From positions 231,626-295,625 of the forward strand of contig CAWGML010000002.1 of the NCBI GenBank assembly GCA_963823765.1: a DNA stretch of 64,000 bases, in the 5' to 3' direction. Origin of the DNA: Candidatus Dormiibacterota bacterium (GTDB lineage Bacteria; Chloroflexota; Dormibacteria; Aeolococcales; Aeolococcaceae). Under the pieces are notes generated by a model that ran no database searches, had not been told where the DNA came from, and worked only from the letters and a program-made list of their open reading frames with translations. Below are positions 56,401-64,000 of this stretch, piece by piece. The position numbers and the translations under genes are program-made. Each line of letters opens with the position of its first letter. The stretch's first letter is position 1.

Positions 56401-56739
56401 GTGCATGAGATGGGGCTGGCCCAGGCAATCGTCGACACCGCGCTGGAGATCGCCGGCGATCGCCCGCTGCGGCGCGTGGTCGTGTCCGCGGGGGAGGGGC
56501 AGGCGGTGAGCGCCGAGTCGCTGGCGTTCAACTTCGGGCTGGTGGCCGCCGGCACCGCCGCGTCGGGGGCCACGCTGGAGGTGCGACCCGCGCCCGGCGC
56601 GCGGCTTCTCATCGATGAGGTCGAGGTGGGCGGCGAGAGCCCGGAGGTGCTCCGCCGCGGCGAGGCCGAGATCGTCGAGGCGCCGCATTCGCATCCCCAT
56701 GAGCACGGTGGCCAATCGGTGCATCCGGCATGGTTGTGA
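56401..56739 (+). CDS. hypA: HypA-like nickel metallochaperone lacking the Zn-finger cysteines, with a His-rich C-terminal tail
   Basis: VHEMGLAQAIVDTALEIAGDRPLRRVVVSAGEGQAVSAESLAFNFGLVAAGTAASGATLEV is collinear with the HypA N-domain (MHE start, GTG 56401). No Cys anywhere. Tail EAPHSHPHEHGGQSVHP. Confidence 0.65.
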   Translation: MHEMGLAQAIVDTALEIAGDRPLRRVVVSAGEGQAVSAESLAFNFGLVAAGTAASGATLEVRPAPGARLLIDEVEVGGESPEVLRRGEAEIVEAPHSHPHEHGGQSVHPAWL

Positions 56740-56773
56740 TCGCAACCGCAGACGACACAGTGGAGGTGACGCG

Positions 56774-56875
56774 ATGAAGAAGCTGCTCCTGCTTGCGGCG
56801 GTGGCGGCGGTGGCCGGGGCGGCCGCGTTCAACGGGAAGGACGTGAGGCGGTACCTGCGCATGCGGAGCATGTAG
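56774..56875 (+). CDS. 33-aa membrane-anchored micro-protein (resembles small DUF6893-type proteins of actinobacterial hydrogenase loci, from memory)
   Basis: GGAGGTG 5 nt before ATG 56774. MKKLLLLAAVAAVAGAAAFNGKDVRRYLRMRSM*. Confidence 0.55.
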   Translation: MKKLLLLAAVAAVAGAAAFNGKDVRRYLRMRSM

Positions 56876-56901
56876 CGGGGCGCGGGGAGCGAGGGACCAC
56901 A

Positions 56902-59271
56902 GTGACAGTGATGACGGGAAGCGCGGGCGCCGTCCACGCACCGGCGGTCGGGGGTGGGCGCGAGCGCCGCCGCTACACCGTTCGCGGTGTCGTCCAGGGC
57001 GTCGGCTTCCGGCCGTACGTCTGGTCGCTGGCGCACCGGCATGAGCTCGCGGGCTCGGTGCGCAACACCTCCGGCGCGGTGGTCGTCGAGGTGGAGGGGA
57101 CGAGCGCGAGCCTCGACCGCTTCGGCATTGAGCTCGTCGCCCTGGCCCCGCCACTGTCACGGATCGACCACGTCAGCGTGAGCGCGCTGGCGCCCGACAG
57201 CGCGCGCGGCTTCGTCATCCTGAAGAGCCGGGCCGTGCGCGGCGCTTACCAGCCGATCGCTCCCGACGCGGCGACCTGCCCGGCGTGCCTCGCCGAGCTC
57301 TTCGACCCGTCGGATCGCCGCTACCGCTACCCGTTCATCAACTGCACGAACTGCGGGCCGCGGTTCACCATCATCGAGGACGTGCCGTACGACCGCGCGC
57401 TGACCACGATGCGGCACTTCGAGATGTGCGCGCTGTGCGCGGCTGAGTACGCGGACCCCGCCAACCGCCGCTTCCACGCGCAGCCCGATGCCTGTCCCGA
57501 CTGCGGTCCGCGCGTGTGGTTTGCCGATCGCGCCGGCGCCGAACAGCGCGGTGACGCCATCGCCGCCGCCGCCGCGGCGCTGGGCCGGGGCGAGGTCGTC
57601 GCGGTCAAGGGCCTGGGAGGCTTCCAGCTGGCGGTGCCGGCCCACGATGCGGAGGCGGTGCGGCGGCTGCGCGTCCGCAAGCATCGCCCCCACAAGCCGT
57701 TCGCGGTGATGGCTGCCGACAGCGACGGGGTGCGTGCGATCGCGGTCGTCGATGACGCCGAGCTGGCGGCGCTGACCAGCAGTGCGCGGCCGATCGTGCT
57801 GCTGCGCCGGCGCCCGGGCCAGCACGCTGTGGCCCCCGCTGTCGCGCCCGGCCTCGACGAGGTTGGCGTGATGCTCCCCAGCACCCCGCTGCACCACCTT
57901 CTCCTCGAACGCGTCGGCGCGCCCCTGGTGATGACCAGCGGCAACGTCAGCGACGAGCCCATCGCCAAGGACAACGACGAGGCGGTCACCAGGCTCAGCG
58001 GCATCGCCGACGCGTTCCTCCTGCACGACCGCGACATCTACGCGCGCTACGACAACTCGGTGGTGCGCGTCGTCGCCGGTGAGCAGCACGTGATGCGCCG
58101 TGCGCGCGGCTACTGCCCGCTGCCGATCGAGGTGGCCACCGGCCCGGCAGCGCCGCCGGTGCTGGCGATGGGCGCGCACCTCAAGAACACGTTCTGCATC
58201 CTGCGCGACGGCCGGGCTTTCGTCGGTCCACACATCGGCGACCTCGACCACCCCGACAGCCTGCGTCACCAGGAGGAGGCGCTGGGCACGTACCTCCACC
58301 TCTTCCGGACCAGCCCGGGCGCGGTCGCGGCCGACCTGCACCCCGACTACGCGTCGACCGGCATCGCCGAGCGGTGGTGGCGGGACGGAGCGCACCCGGT
58401 GCGCGTCCAGCACCACCACGCGCACATCGCCAGCGTCATGGCCGAGCATGGCCTGCGCGGCCCCCTGCTCGGCGTGGCCTTCGACGGCACCGGTCTCGGC
58501 GAGGACGGGACCATCTGGGGCGGCGAGTTCCTGCTCTGCGACGAGACCGGCTACCGGCGGATCGGCCACCTCGCCCCGGTGCTGCAGCCTGGCGGCGACC
58601 GCTGCGCGCGCGAAGGCTGGCGCATGGCGATCGCGTACCTGCGCGCCGCCGGGCTGGAGGACGGCCGGCTGCCGGCCTGGTTCACGAGCGCTGCAGGCGG
58701 CCCCGATGAGCGCCGCTGGCGGCTGGTCAGCCGGCTCGCCGCTGCGGGCGGCCCGGCTGCGCCCGTGACCACCAGCGCCGGGCGCCTCTTCGACGCTGTG
58801 GCCAGCCTCCTCGGGGTGGCGCACAGCTCGAGCTTCGAGGCCTCCGCCGCGATGCGGCTCGAGACGCTGGCGCGCAGCGTGCCGACCGGGGCGGCCGAGG
58901 CGATCCCGGTCCGCCGGTCGGGGACCCCGCTGGTGCTCGACACCACCGCGCTGGTGATGACGCTGGTCGACCAGCGTCGCGCCGGGAGGGACGTCGCGGA
59001 GCTGGCGGCCGCGTTCCACGAGAGCCTCGCGGCCGCGGTCGCATTGGCCTGCGTGGAGCTGGCGCACGCCAACCGGGTCACCCGGGTCGCGCTCAGCGGC
59101 GGCGTCTTCCAGAACGCGCTGCTGCTGGCCCGCACGTCCGAGCTCCTGCGCGGGGTGTCCTTCGACGTGTATGTCAACAACGCGGTGCCCGCCAACGACG
59201 GCGGGGTCAGCCTCGGGCAGGCATTGGTCGCCGCTTCGCGCTGTGCCGGCTCCGCGCGAGGGTGGACATGA
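56902..59271 (+). CDS. hypF: carbamoyltransferase HypF
   Basis: Acylphosphatase VRGVVQGVGFRPYV. Zinc fingers CPACLAEL...CTNCGPRF and CALCAAEY...CPDCGP. YrdC-like VAVKGLGGFQL. Kae1-like C-terminal domain. 789 aa, intact. Confidence 0.95.
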   Translation: MTVMTGSAGAVHAPAVGGGRERRRYTVRGVVQGVGFRPYVWSLAHRHELAGSVRNTSGAVVVEVEGTSASLDRFGIELVALAPPLSRIDHVSVSALAPDSARGFVILKSRAVRGAYQPIAPDAATCPACLAELFDPSDRRYRYPFINCTNCGPRFTIIEDVPYDRALTTMRHFEMCALCAAEYADPANRRFHAQPDACPDCGPRVWFADRAGAEQRGDAIAAAAAALGRGEVVAVKGLGGFQLAVPAHDAEAVRRLRVRKHRPHKPFAVMAADSDGVRAIAVVDDAELAALTSSARPIVLLRRRPGQHAVAPAVAPGLDEVGVMLPSTPLHHLLLERVGAPLVMTSGNVSDEPIAKDNDEAVTRLSGIADAFLLHDRDIYARYDNSVVRVVAGEQHVMRRARGYCPLPIEVATGPAAPPVLAMGAHLKNTFCILRDGRAFVGPHIGDLDHPDSLRHQEEALGTYLHLFRTSPGAVAADLHPDYASTGIAERWWRDGAHPVRVQHHHAHIASVMAEHGLRGPLLGVAFDGTGLGEDGTIWGGEFLLCDETGYRRIGHLAPVLQPGGDRCAREGWRMAIAYLRAAGLEDGRLPAWFTSAAGGPDERRWRLVSRLAAAGGPAAPVTTSAGRLFDAVASLLGVAHSSSFEASAAMRLETLARSVPTGAAEAIPVRRSGTPLVLDTTALVMTLVDQRRAGRDVAELAAAFHESLAAAVALACVELAHANRVTRVALSGGVFQNALLLARTSELLRGVSFDVYVNNAVPANDGGVSLGQALVAASRCAGSARGWT

Positions 59272-59897
59272 TGGTGTTGAAGAGCGCCGCCCCGGCGACC
59301 GACGTCGACCTGGCGTGGCTGCGCGATGGCGTCGCGGCGCGGTGTGCGGCCGGCGAGGCGTACTTCGCCACCGTGGCGCACGAGCTCGCCCAGTGCGCGG
59401 CGGCGATGGCCGACCGCTTCTTCGCGGGCGCCACCCTGCTCGTCTTCGGCTCAGGCGCAGGCGCCACGGATGCGCAGCACAACTCCGTCGAGTACGTGCA
59501 CCCCGTGCTGCCCGGCTGCCGCGCGCTCCCGGCGCTGTCGCTGACCAACGACGTCAGCACGGTGACCGGGATCCTCGGTGGCGCCGACCCGCTCGACGTC
59601 TACGCGCACCAGCTGCGCGTGCTCGGCCGGCCCGGGGACATCGCGCTCGCCTTCCTCAGCGCACCCGAGGGAGGAGCGCCGCTGCGCGGCCTGCGGGTGG
59701 CGGGGGAGCGGGAGATGCTCACCATCGCGCTGCGCACCGGCGCTCACCGGGTCGACGCGCCTGCCACGCATGTGTTCCATGTCGACGATCCCGACCCGCT
59801 GATCGCCCAGGAGCTGCACCTGGCCACGTACCACATGCTCTGGGAGCTCACCCACATCGTGCTCAACCACCGCGGCATCGCGGAGGCACGGTCGTGA
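59268..59897 (+). CDS. SIS-domain (GmhA/phosphoheptose-isomerase-like) protein, copy 1 (degenerate)
   Basis: LLVFGSGAGATDAQHNSVEYVHP...GDIALAFLS...QELHLATYHMLWEL. ATG 59268 gives an ATGA overlap with the hypF stop. Confidence 0.7.
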   Translation: MMVLKSAAPATDVDLAWLRDGVAARCAAGEAYFATVAHELAQCAAAMADRFFAGATLLVFGSGAGATDAQHNSVEYVHPVLPGCRALPALSLTNDVSTVTGILGGADPLDVYAHQLRVLGRPGDIALAFLSAPEGGAPLRGLRVAGEREMLTIALRTGAHRVDAPATHVFHVDDPDPLIAQELHLATYHMLWELTHIVLNHRGIAEARS

Positions 59898-60121
59898 ACG
59901 GCGCCGTGTGCAACGACGAGGTCTGCGTGACCTGCTCCGACCAGCTGCTCGAGGTGATCGTCACCGCACTGAGCACGGATGGCACCGTCGTCGCCATCAC
60001 CCGCGACGGCGTGGCGTGCGAGGTGGCCACCGACCTGCTCGGCGATGTCGTGCCCGGCGAGCACCTGCTCACCCATGGCGGCGTCGCCCTGCAGCGCGGT
60101 TCGCTGGAGGCAGCGCGATGA
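59894..60121 (+). CDS. HypC/HupF-like small chaperone (CxxC-type N-terminus rather than MCLGIP)
   Basis: VNGAVCNDEVCVTCSDQLLEVIVTAL...VVAITRDGVACEVATDLLGDVVPGEHLLTHGGVAL. GTGA overlap upstream and ATGA overlap downstream. Confidence 0.6.
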   Translation: MNGAVCNDEVCVTCSDQLLEVIVTALSTDGTVVAITRDGVACEVATDLLGDVVPGEHLLTHGGVALQRGSLEAAR

Positions 60122-60792
60122 CGCAGCGCGACGACCCGTTCTCGCAGCTGCTCTACCCGATGCTGAGCGAGCAGCCACCGGTCGACGTGGCGGTGGTCGC
60201 GGAGCTGGCCCATGCCCCACTGCAGAAGTCCGCCGAGAGCAACGCGCTGCGCGTGCAGCTCATCGAGGCGCACGCCGAGGAGATCGCCGGCTGCGCCCGT
60301 GCCATCTCGAACGCCGTGGCCGCGGGCGGCCGCGTGCTCGCCTGCGGCAACGGCGGCAGCGCCACGTCGGCTGCCGACATGGTGTCCGAGCTGCTCCACC
60401 CGGCCGGCACACGAACCCCGGTGGCGGCGCTGTGCCTGACCGCCGACATCGCCGTTGTGACCGCGATCGGCAACGACGTCAACTACGACGACGTCTTCAC
60501 CCGGCAGCTGCAGGCGCTGGGCCGGCCAGGCGACGTGCTCGTGGCCATCTCCACCAGCGGCAACTCCGAGAACCTGGTGCGCGCCGTGCGCGGGGGACGG
60601 CGGCTGCGCATGCTCACCGTCGGCATCGCCGGGCACGACGGCGGGCGGATGCGCGCCGAGGGCGCGCTCGATCATCTCTTCACCGTTCCGTCGTCGAGCG
60701 TCCACCGCATCCAGGAGGTGCAGACCACGCTGTACCACCTCCTCTTCGAGCTGGTGCAGCGACATCTCATGGAGGTCCCGGCATGTGCCTAG
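60118..60792 (+). CDS. SIS-domain (GmhA-like) protein, copy 2
   Basis: RVLACGNGGSATSAADMVSEL...NDVNYDDVFTRQL...GDVLVAISTSGNSENLV...VHRIQEVQTTLYHLL. Confidence 0.8.
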   Translation: MTQRDDPFSQLLYPMLSEQPPVDVAVVAELAHAPLQKSAESNALRVQLIEAHAEEIAGCARAISNAVAAGGRVLACGNGGSATSAADMVSELLHPAGTRTPVAALCLTADIAVVTAIGNDVNYDDVFTRQLQALGRPGDVLVAISTSGNSENLVRAVRGGRRLRMLTVGIAGHDGGRMRAEGALDHLFTVPSSSVHRIQEVQTTLYHLLFELVQRHLMEVPACA

Positions 60793-61106
60793 CGATTCCC
60801 GCCAAGCTGGTCGAGTACGTCGACGCCGAGCGCAACTACGGCAGGGTTGAGCTCGGCGGAGTGCGCCGCCAGGTCAACACCTCGCTGCTGGTCGGCGAGG
60901 ACGCCGCCGAGCCCGGCGACTACGTGCTGGTGCACGTGGGCTTCGCGCTCAGCGCGATCAGCGAGGCCGAGGCTGACGAGACGCTGCGCATCCTCGAGGA
61001 GATGGGCCCGGCCTACACCGACGAGTTGCAGCAGATCCGCCAGTCCCAGGCGATGGAGCTCGAGCTCGTCGGACCCGACTACCGCAGGCAGGTCACCGAG
61101 ATATGA
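60783..61106 (+). CDS. hypC: hydrogenase assembly chaperone HypC
   Basis: MCLAIPAKLVEY...GDYVLVHVGFALSAISEAEADETLRILEEM. Confidence 0.85.
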   Translation: MCLAIPAKLVEYVDAERNYGRVELGGVRRQVNTSLLVGEDAAEPGDYVLVHVGFALSAISEAEADETLRILEEMGPAYTDELQQIRQSQAMELELVGPDYRRQVTEI

Positions 61107-62267
61107 AGTTCGCCGACGAGTTCCGCGACGCCGAGCTGGCGCGCTCGCTGGGAGCGCGGATCGCCGCCGAGGCGGGGGAGCGGCACTGGAAGATCATGGA
61201 GGTGTGCGGCGGTCACACCCACACCATCTTCAAGTACGGCATCGAGGACCTGCTGCCCGCCAACGTCGAGCTGGTGCACGGCCCGGGGTGTCCGGTGTGC
61301 GTCATCCCGATGGGCCGCTTGGACGACGGCATCGCGCTGGCGCGCGACAACGACATCATCTTCACGTGCTTCGGCGACCTGATGCGCGTGCCGGGCAGCG
61401 ACGGCAGCCTGCTCGACGCCAAGGCCGCCGGCGCCGACGTGCGCATGGTGTACTCGCCGCTCGAACTCGTTGAAGATCGCCCGCGAGAACCCCGACAAGC
61501 AGGTGGTGTTCTATGCGATCGGCTTCGAGACCACCGCGCCGTCGACGGCGCTGACGCTGTTGCGCGCCAAGGCGGAGGGCATCGGCAACTTCTTCGTGTT
61601 CTGCAACCACGTCACCATCATCCCGCCGATGAAGGCGATCCTCGATTCGCCCGACCTGCGGCTGGACGGCTTCCTGGGCCCCGGCCACGTGTCGACAGTG
61701 GTGGGGGTGCGTCCCTACGAGTTCGTGACCAGGACGTACCGCAAGCCGGTCGTGGTGGTGGGCTTCGAGCCGCTCGACATCCTCCAGGGCGTGCACATGG
61801 TCATCCGCCAGGTGCTCGAGGGCCGCTGTGAGGTGGAGAACCAGTACACGCGCGTGGTCCACGACGACGGCAACCCCAAGGCGCTCGAGGTGCTCGCCAG
61901 GGTGTTCAGGCTCCGCCCGCACTTCGAGTGGCGTGGCCTGGGGTTCATCAGCCAGAGCGCGCTGGAGCTCAACGACGACTTCGCCGACTTCGACGCCGAG
62001 CGCGTCTTCACCGTGCCGGGCATCCGCGTGGCCGATCCCAAGTCCTGTCAGTGCGGCGAGGTGCTCAAGGGCGTGCTCAAGCCGTGGGAGTGCAAGGTGT
62101 TCGGCACGGCGTGCACGCCAGAGACGCCGATCGGGACGTGCATGGTGTCGTCGGAGGGGGCGTGCGCCGCCTACTACAACTTCGGCCGGTACTCCCGCGC
62201 CCGTGACCGCGAGCGCGTGCTCGCCGACGGCCCCGAGCTCACCCCGATCGCGGTGCGGGCGGGATGA
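61103..62267 (+). pseudogene. hypD: hydrogenase formation protein HypD; one frame break
   Basis: MKFADEFRD...IMEVCGGHTH...HGPGCPVCV...VRMVYSPLEL, +1 hop near 61469, LKIARENPDKQVVFYAIGFETTAP...GPGHVS...CQCGEVLKG...FGTACTPETPIGTCMVSSEGACAAYY. Confidence 0.9.
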
Positions 62268-63412
62268 CCGAGACGTCGGCGCCCGCACCCGGCAGCGGGG
62301 CCGCGATCCGCGCGGCCGCCGCGCGCATCGCCGACCCCGAGCAACGCGTGCTCGAACGCATCGCGGAGATCCGCAAGCGCCGCCCCCTGCTGCGCGAGAC
62401 TGCGATCACCATGAGCCACGGCGCCGGCGGCAAGGCCAGCCACACGCTCACGGCCGCGGTGTTCGCCGACATCCTCGACAACCCGGTGCTCGCCCAGCTC
62501 GGTGACCAGGCCGTGCTGCGCGTCCCGGGGCTCGACGGGGCGCGACTGGCGATGACCACCGACAGCTTCGTGGTGAGCCCGCTCTTCTTCCCGGGCGGCG
62601 ACATCGGCGAGCTGGCCATCAACGGCACCGTCAACGACCTCGCGGTGGGCGGCGCGGTGCCCCTGGCGGTCTCGGCAGCCTTCATCCTCGAGGAGGGGCT
62701 CGACATCGGCGTGCTCCGGCGCGTCGTCGAGTCGATGCGCCGGGCCGCGGACGTGGCGGGCGTCAGTGTGGTCACGGGCGACACCAAGGTGGTGCCCCGC
62801 GGCAAGGCGGATCAGCTCTTCATCACCACCACCGGGATCGGCGTGGTGGCCGAGCCCGGCCGGCTGGGGATCGATCGCGTCGGCGCCGGTGACGCGGTGC
62901 TGCTGAGCGGGGCGATGGGCAACCACGGCGCGACGGTGATGCTGGCCCGGGGCGACGTCGATCTCGAGGCCGACACGCTGGCCAGCGACACCATGGCCCT
63001 CAACGGCCTGACCAGCGCGCTGCTCGACGCCGGTGTCGACGTGCACTTCATGCGCGATGCCACGCGGGGCGGGGTGGCGACTGTGCTCAACGAGATCGCT
63101 CAACAGGCGGGCGTCGCCGTGGCCATCGACGAGGATGCGCTGCCCGTGCACGAGGTGGTGCGCGGCGTCGCCGAGATCCTCGGCATCGATCCGCTCTACA
63201 TCGCCAACGAGGGCAAGCTGGTTGCGCTGGTTGCCGGCGCGGATGCCGAGCGCGCACTGGCGCTGATGCGTTCGCGCGTCGAAGGTCAGGAGGCGGCGAT
63301 CATCGGCGAGGTGCGCGCCGAGCCGGACGGCATGGTGTTCATCCGCACCGGGTTCGGCGGCACCCGCGTCGTCGACATGCTCATCGGCGACCCGCTGCCG
63401 CGCATCTGCTGA
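62264..63412 (+). CDS. hypE: hydrogenase expression/formation protein HypE
   Basis: ITMSHGAGGKAS, TTDSFVVSPLFFPGGDIG, GDTKVV, MRDATRGG, and the C-terminal PRIC* motif. Intact. Confidence 0.95.
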   Translation: MTETSAPAPGSGAAIRAAAARIADPEQRVLERIAEIRKRRPLLRETAITMSHGAGGKASHTLTAAVFADILDNPVLAQLGDQAVLRVPGLDGARLAMTTDSFVVSPLFFPGGDIGELAINGTVNDLAVGGAVPLAVSAAFILEEGLDIGVLRRVVESMRRAADVAGVSVVTGDTKVVPRGKADQLFITTTGIGVVAEPGRLGIDRVGAGDAVLLSGAMGNHGATVMLARGDVDLEADTLASDTMALNGLTSALLDAGVDVHFMRDATRGGVATVLNEIAQQAGVAVAIDEDALPVHEVVRGVAEILGIDPLYIANEGKLVALVAGADAERALALMRSRVEGQEAAIIGEVRAEPDGMVFIRTGFGGTRVVDMLIGDPLPRIC

Positions 63413-63796
63413 CCGCCGTCGCAGGCTCGTGTCCGGGGCGTGCTCGGGCGTCCCGAGGTGGGCCACGACTGTCCAGGGACCACCAGGCGAGCCGAGGATC
63501 GGCACGTCGTCGTCGTCGCGTGGCGGGTCGTCCGGCGGCGTGTCGCCGGCGCCCGGGCTCATGCACGCCACCGACAGGCCGGCCATGACGATGGCGATGA
63601 CGATCCCGTTGGGCAGCGAGACGTACAGCGGGGCTGCGGTGATCTGCCCGATGGTGAGGAAGGCGAGGATGGTGGCCACGAGAACGGCGGCGGGCACCAG
63701 CCAGAATCGCTCAGGAGAGCCGTCGCTCTCGATGCCGAGCCTGGTGTTGAGCGCGCCCAGCCGGCGGCGTAGATCTGCCTGCCCAGTTCGTCTCAT
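63413..63796 (-). CDS. putative two-TM membrane protein with an acidic Pro-rich tail; 3' end unresolved
   Basis: ATG 63796. FWLVPAAVLVATILAFLTIGQI and LPNGIVIAIVMAGLSVACM, then PGAGDTPPDDPPRDDDDVP. High GC3 down to the hypE stop, but no stop codon in this frame until 62174 (antisense to hypE). Confidence 0.35.
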
Positions 63797-63843
63797 GGGA
63801 TGGACACGCAGTGTACGTTGAGCGCCATTCCTATAGTGGGCTC

Positions 63844-64000
63844 GTGACCTGTCCAACCTGTGGCGCTGACAACCGCGCCGGCGGCAAGTTCTGCGACGAG
63901 TGCGGCACCGCGCTCACCGCATCCTGTGTGGCATGCGGGAACGCCCTGCGCCCGCAGGCGCGCTTCTGCGACGAGTGCGGTGTTCCGACCGGCACGGCGC
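63844..64000 (+). CDS. 3'-truncated protein starting with a double zinc-ribbon (N-terminus typical of large signalling ATPase/cyclase regulators)
   Basis: GTG 63844. VTCPTCGADNRAGGKFCDECGTALTASCVACGNALRPQARFCDECGVPTG. Open to the window end. TATAGT sits 6 nt upstream, so a leaderless transcript is possible. Confidence 0.6.
   Translation, partial: MTCPTCGADNRAGGKFCDECGTALTASCVACGNALRPQARFCDECGVPTGTA

Noticed and set aside
57157-59067. 636-aa minus-strand ORF
   Set aside because: Antisense to hypF, which is intact and has all of its diagnostic domains.
63832-63846. Leaderless transcript for the zinc-ribbon gene (TATAGT 6 nt before GTG 63844)
   Set aside because: Only a -10-like hexamer supports it. 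The TTGAGC upstream is only 8 nt away, so there is no proper -35. Mentioned in the feature evidence but not called as a promoter.

Overview
High-GC (by eye above 70%) Actinomycetota-type chromosomal window, densely coded on both strands. I saw no rRNA, tRNA, CRISPR array, transposase or integrase. Main blocks follow. (1) 0-10 kb: assorted metabolic and membrane genes plus a STAS / MEDS-RsbW partner-switching pair. (2) 10.2-18.05 kb, minus strand: a nearly complete histidine operon, hisC-hisZ-hisG-hisD-hisB-hisH-hisA-hisF-hisI-hisN. (3) 18-24 kb: apbE, two Pro-rich membrane-anchored paralogs flanking a hydrolase, and a translationally coupled module of ferric-reductase-like membrane protein, NuoF-like protein and ferredoxin. 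(4) 24-29 kb: an OmpR-type two-component pair, an L,D-transpeptidase and galK. (5) 29.2-37.1 kb: a signalling island with a cNMP-binding protein, a REC-HTH-adenylate-cyclase fusion, two tandem paralogous kinases and two more response regulators. (6) 37-49 kb: csp, an Ig-repeat surface protein and housekeeping genes (tatC, ABC-F, xthA, rarD and others). (7) 49.5-63.4 kb: a group 1h (high-affinity, Hhy-type) [NiFe]-hydrogenase cluster with hypA-like, hypC, hypD, hypE, hypF and several conserved genes of unknown function. The most striking sequence-level observation is about 40 single-nucleotide reading-frame breaks. They are concentrated in a few genes (hisD, hisG, apbE, a hydrolase, and above all 51.2-55.6 kb of the hydrogenase cluster). 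About 5 of 6 behave as one extra base, and the conserved residues are otherwise untouched. Long neighbouring genes such as hypF, hypE, HK2 and ABC-F are intact. I cannot tell from sequence alone whether these are consensus errors or real gene decay. Frame-break coordinates are manual estimates (+/- 5 nt). Family names of the DUF type are from memory and need HMM confirmation.
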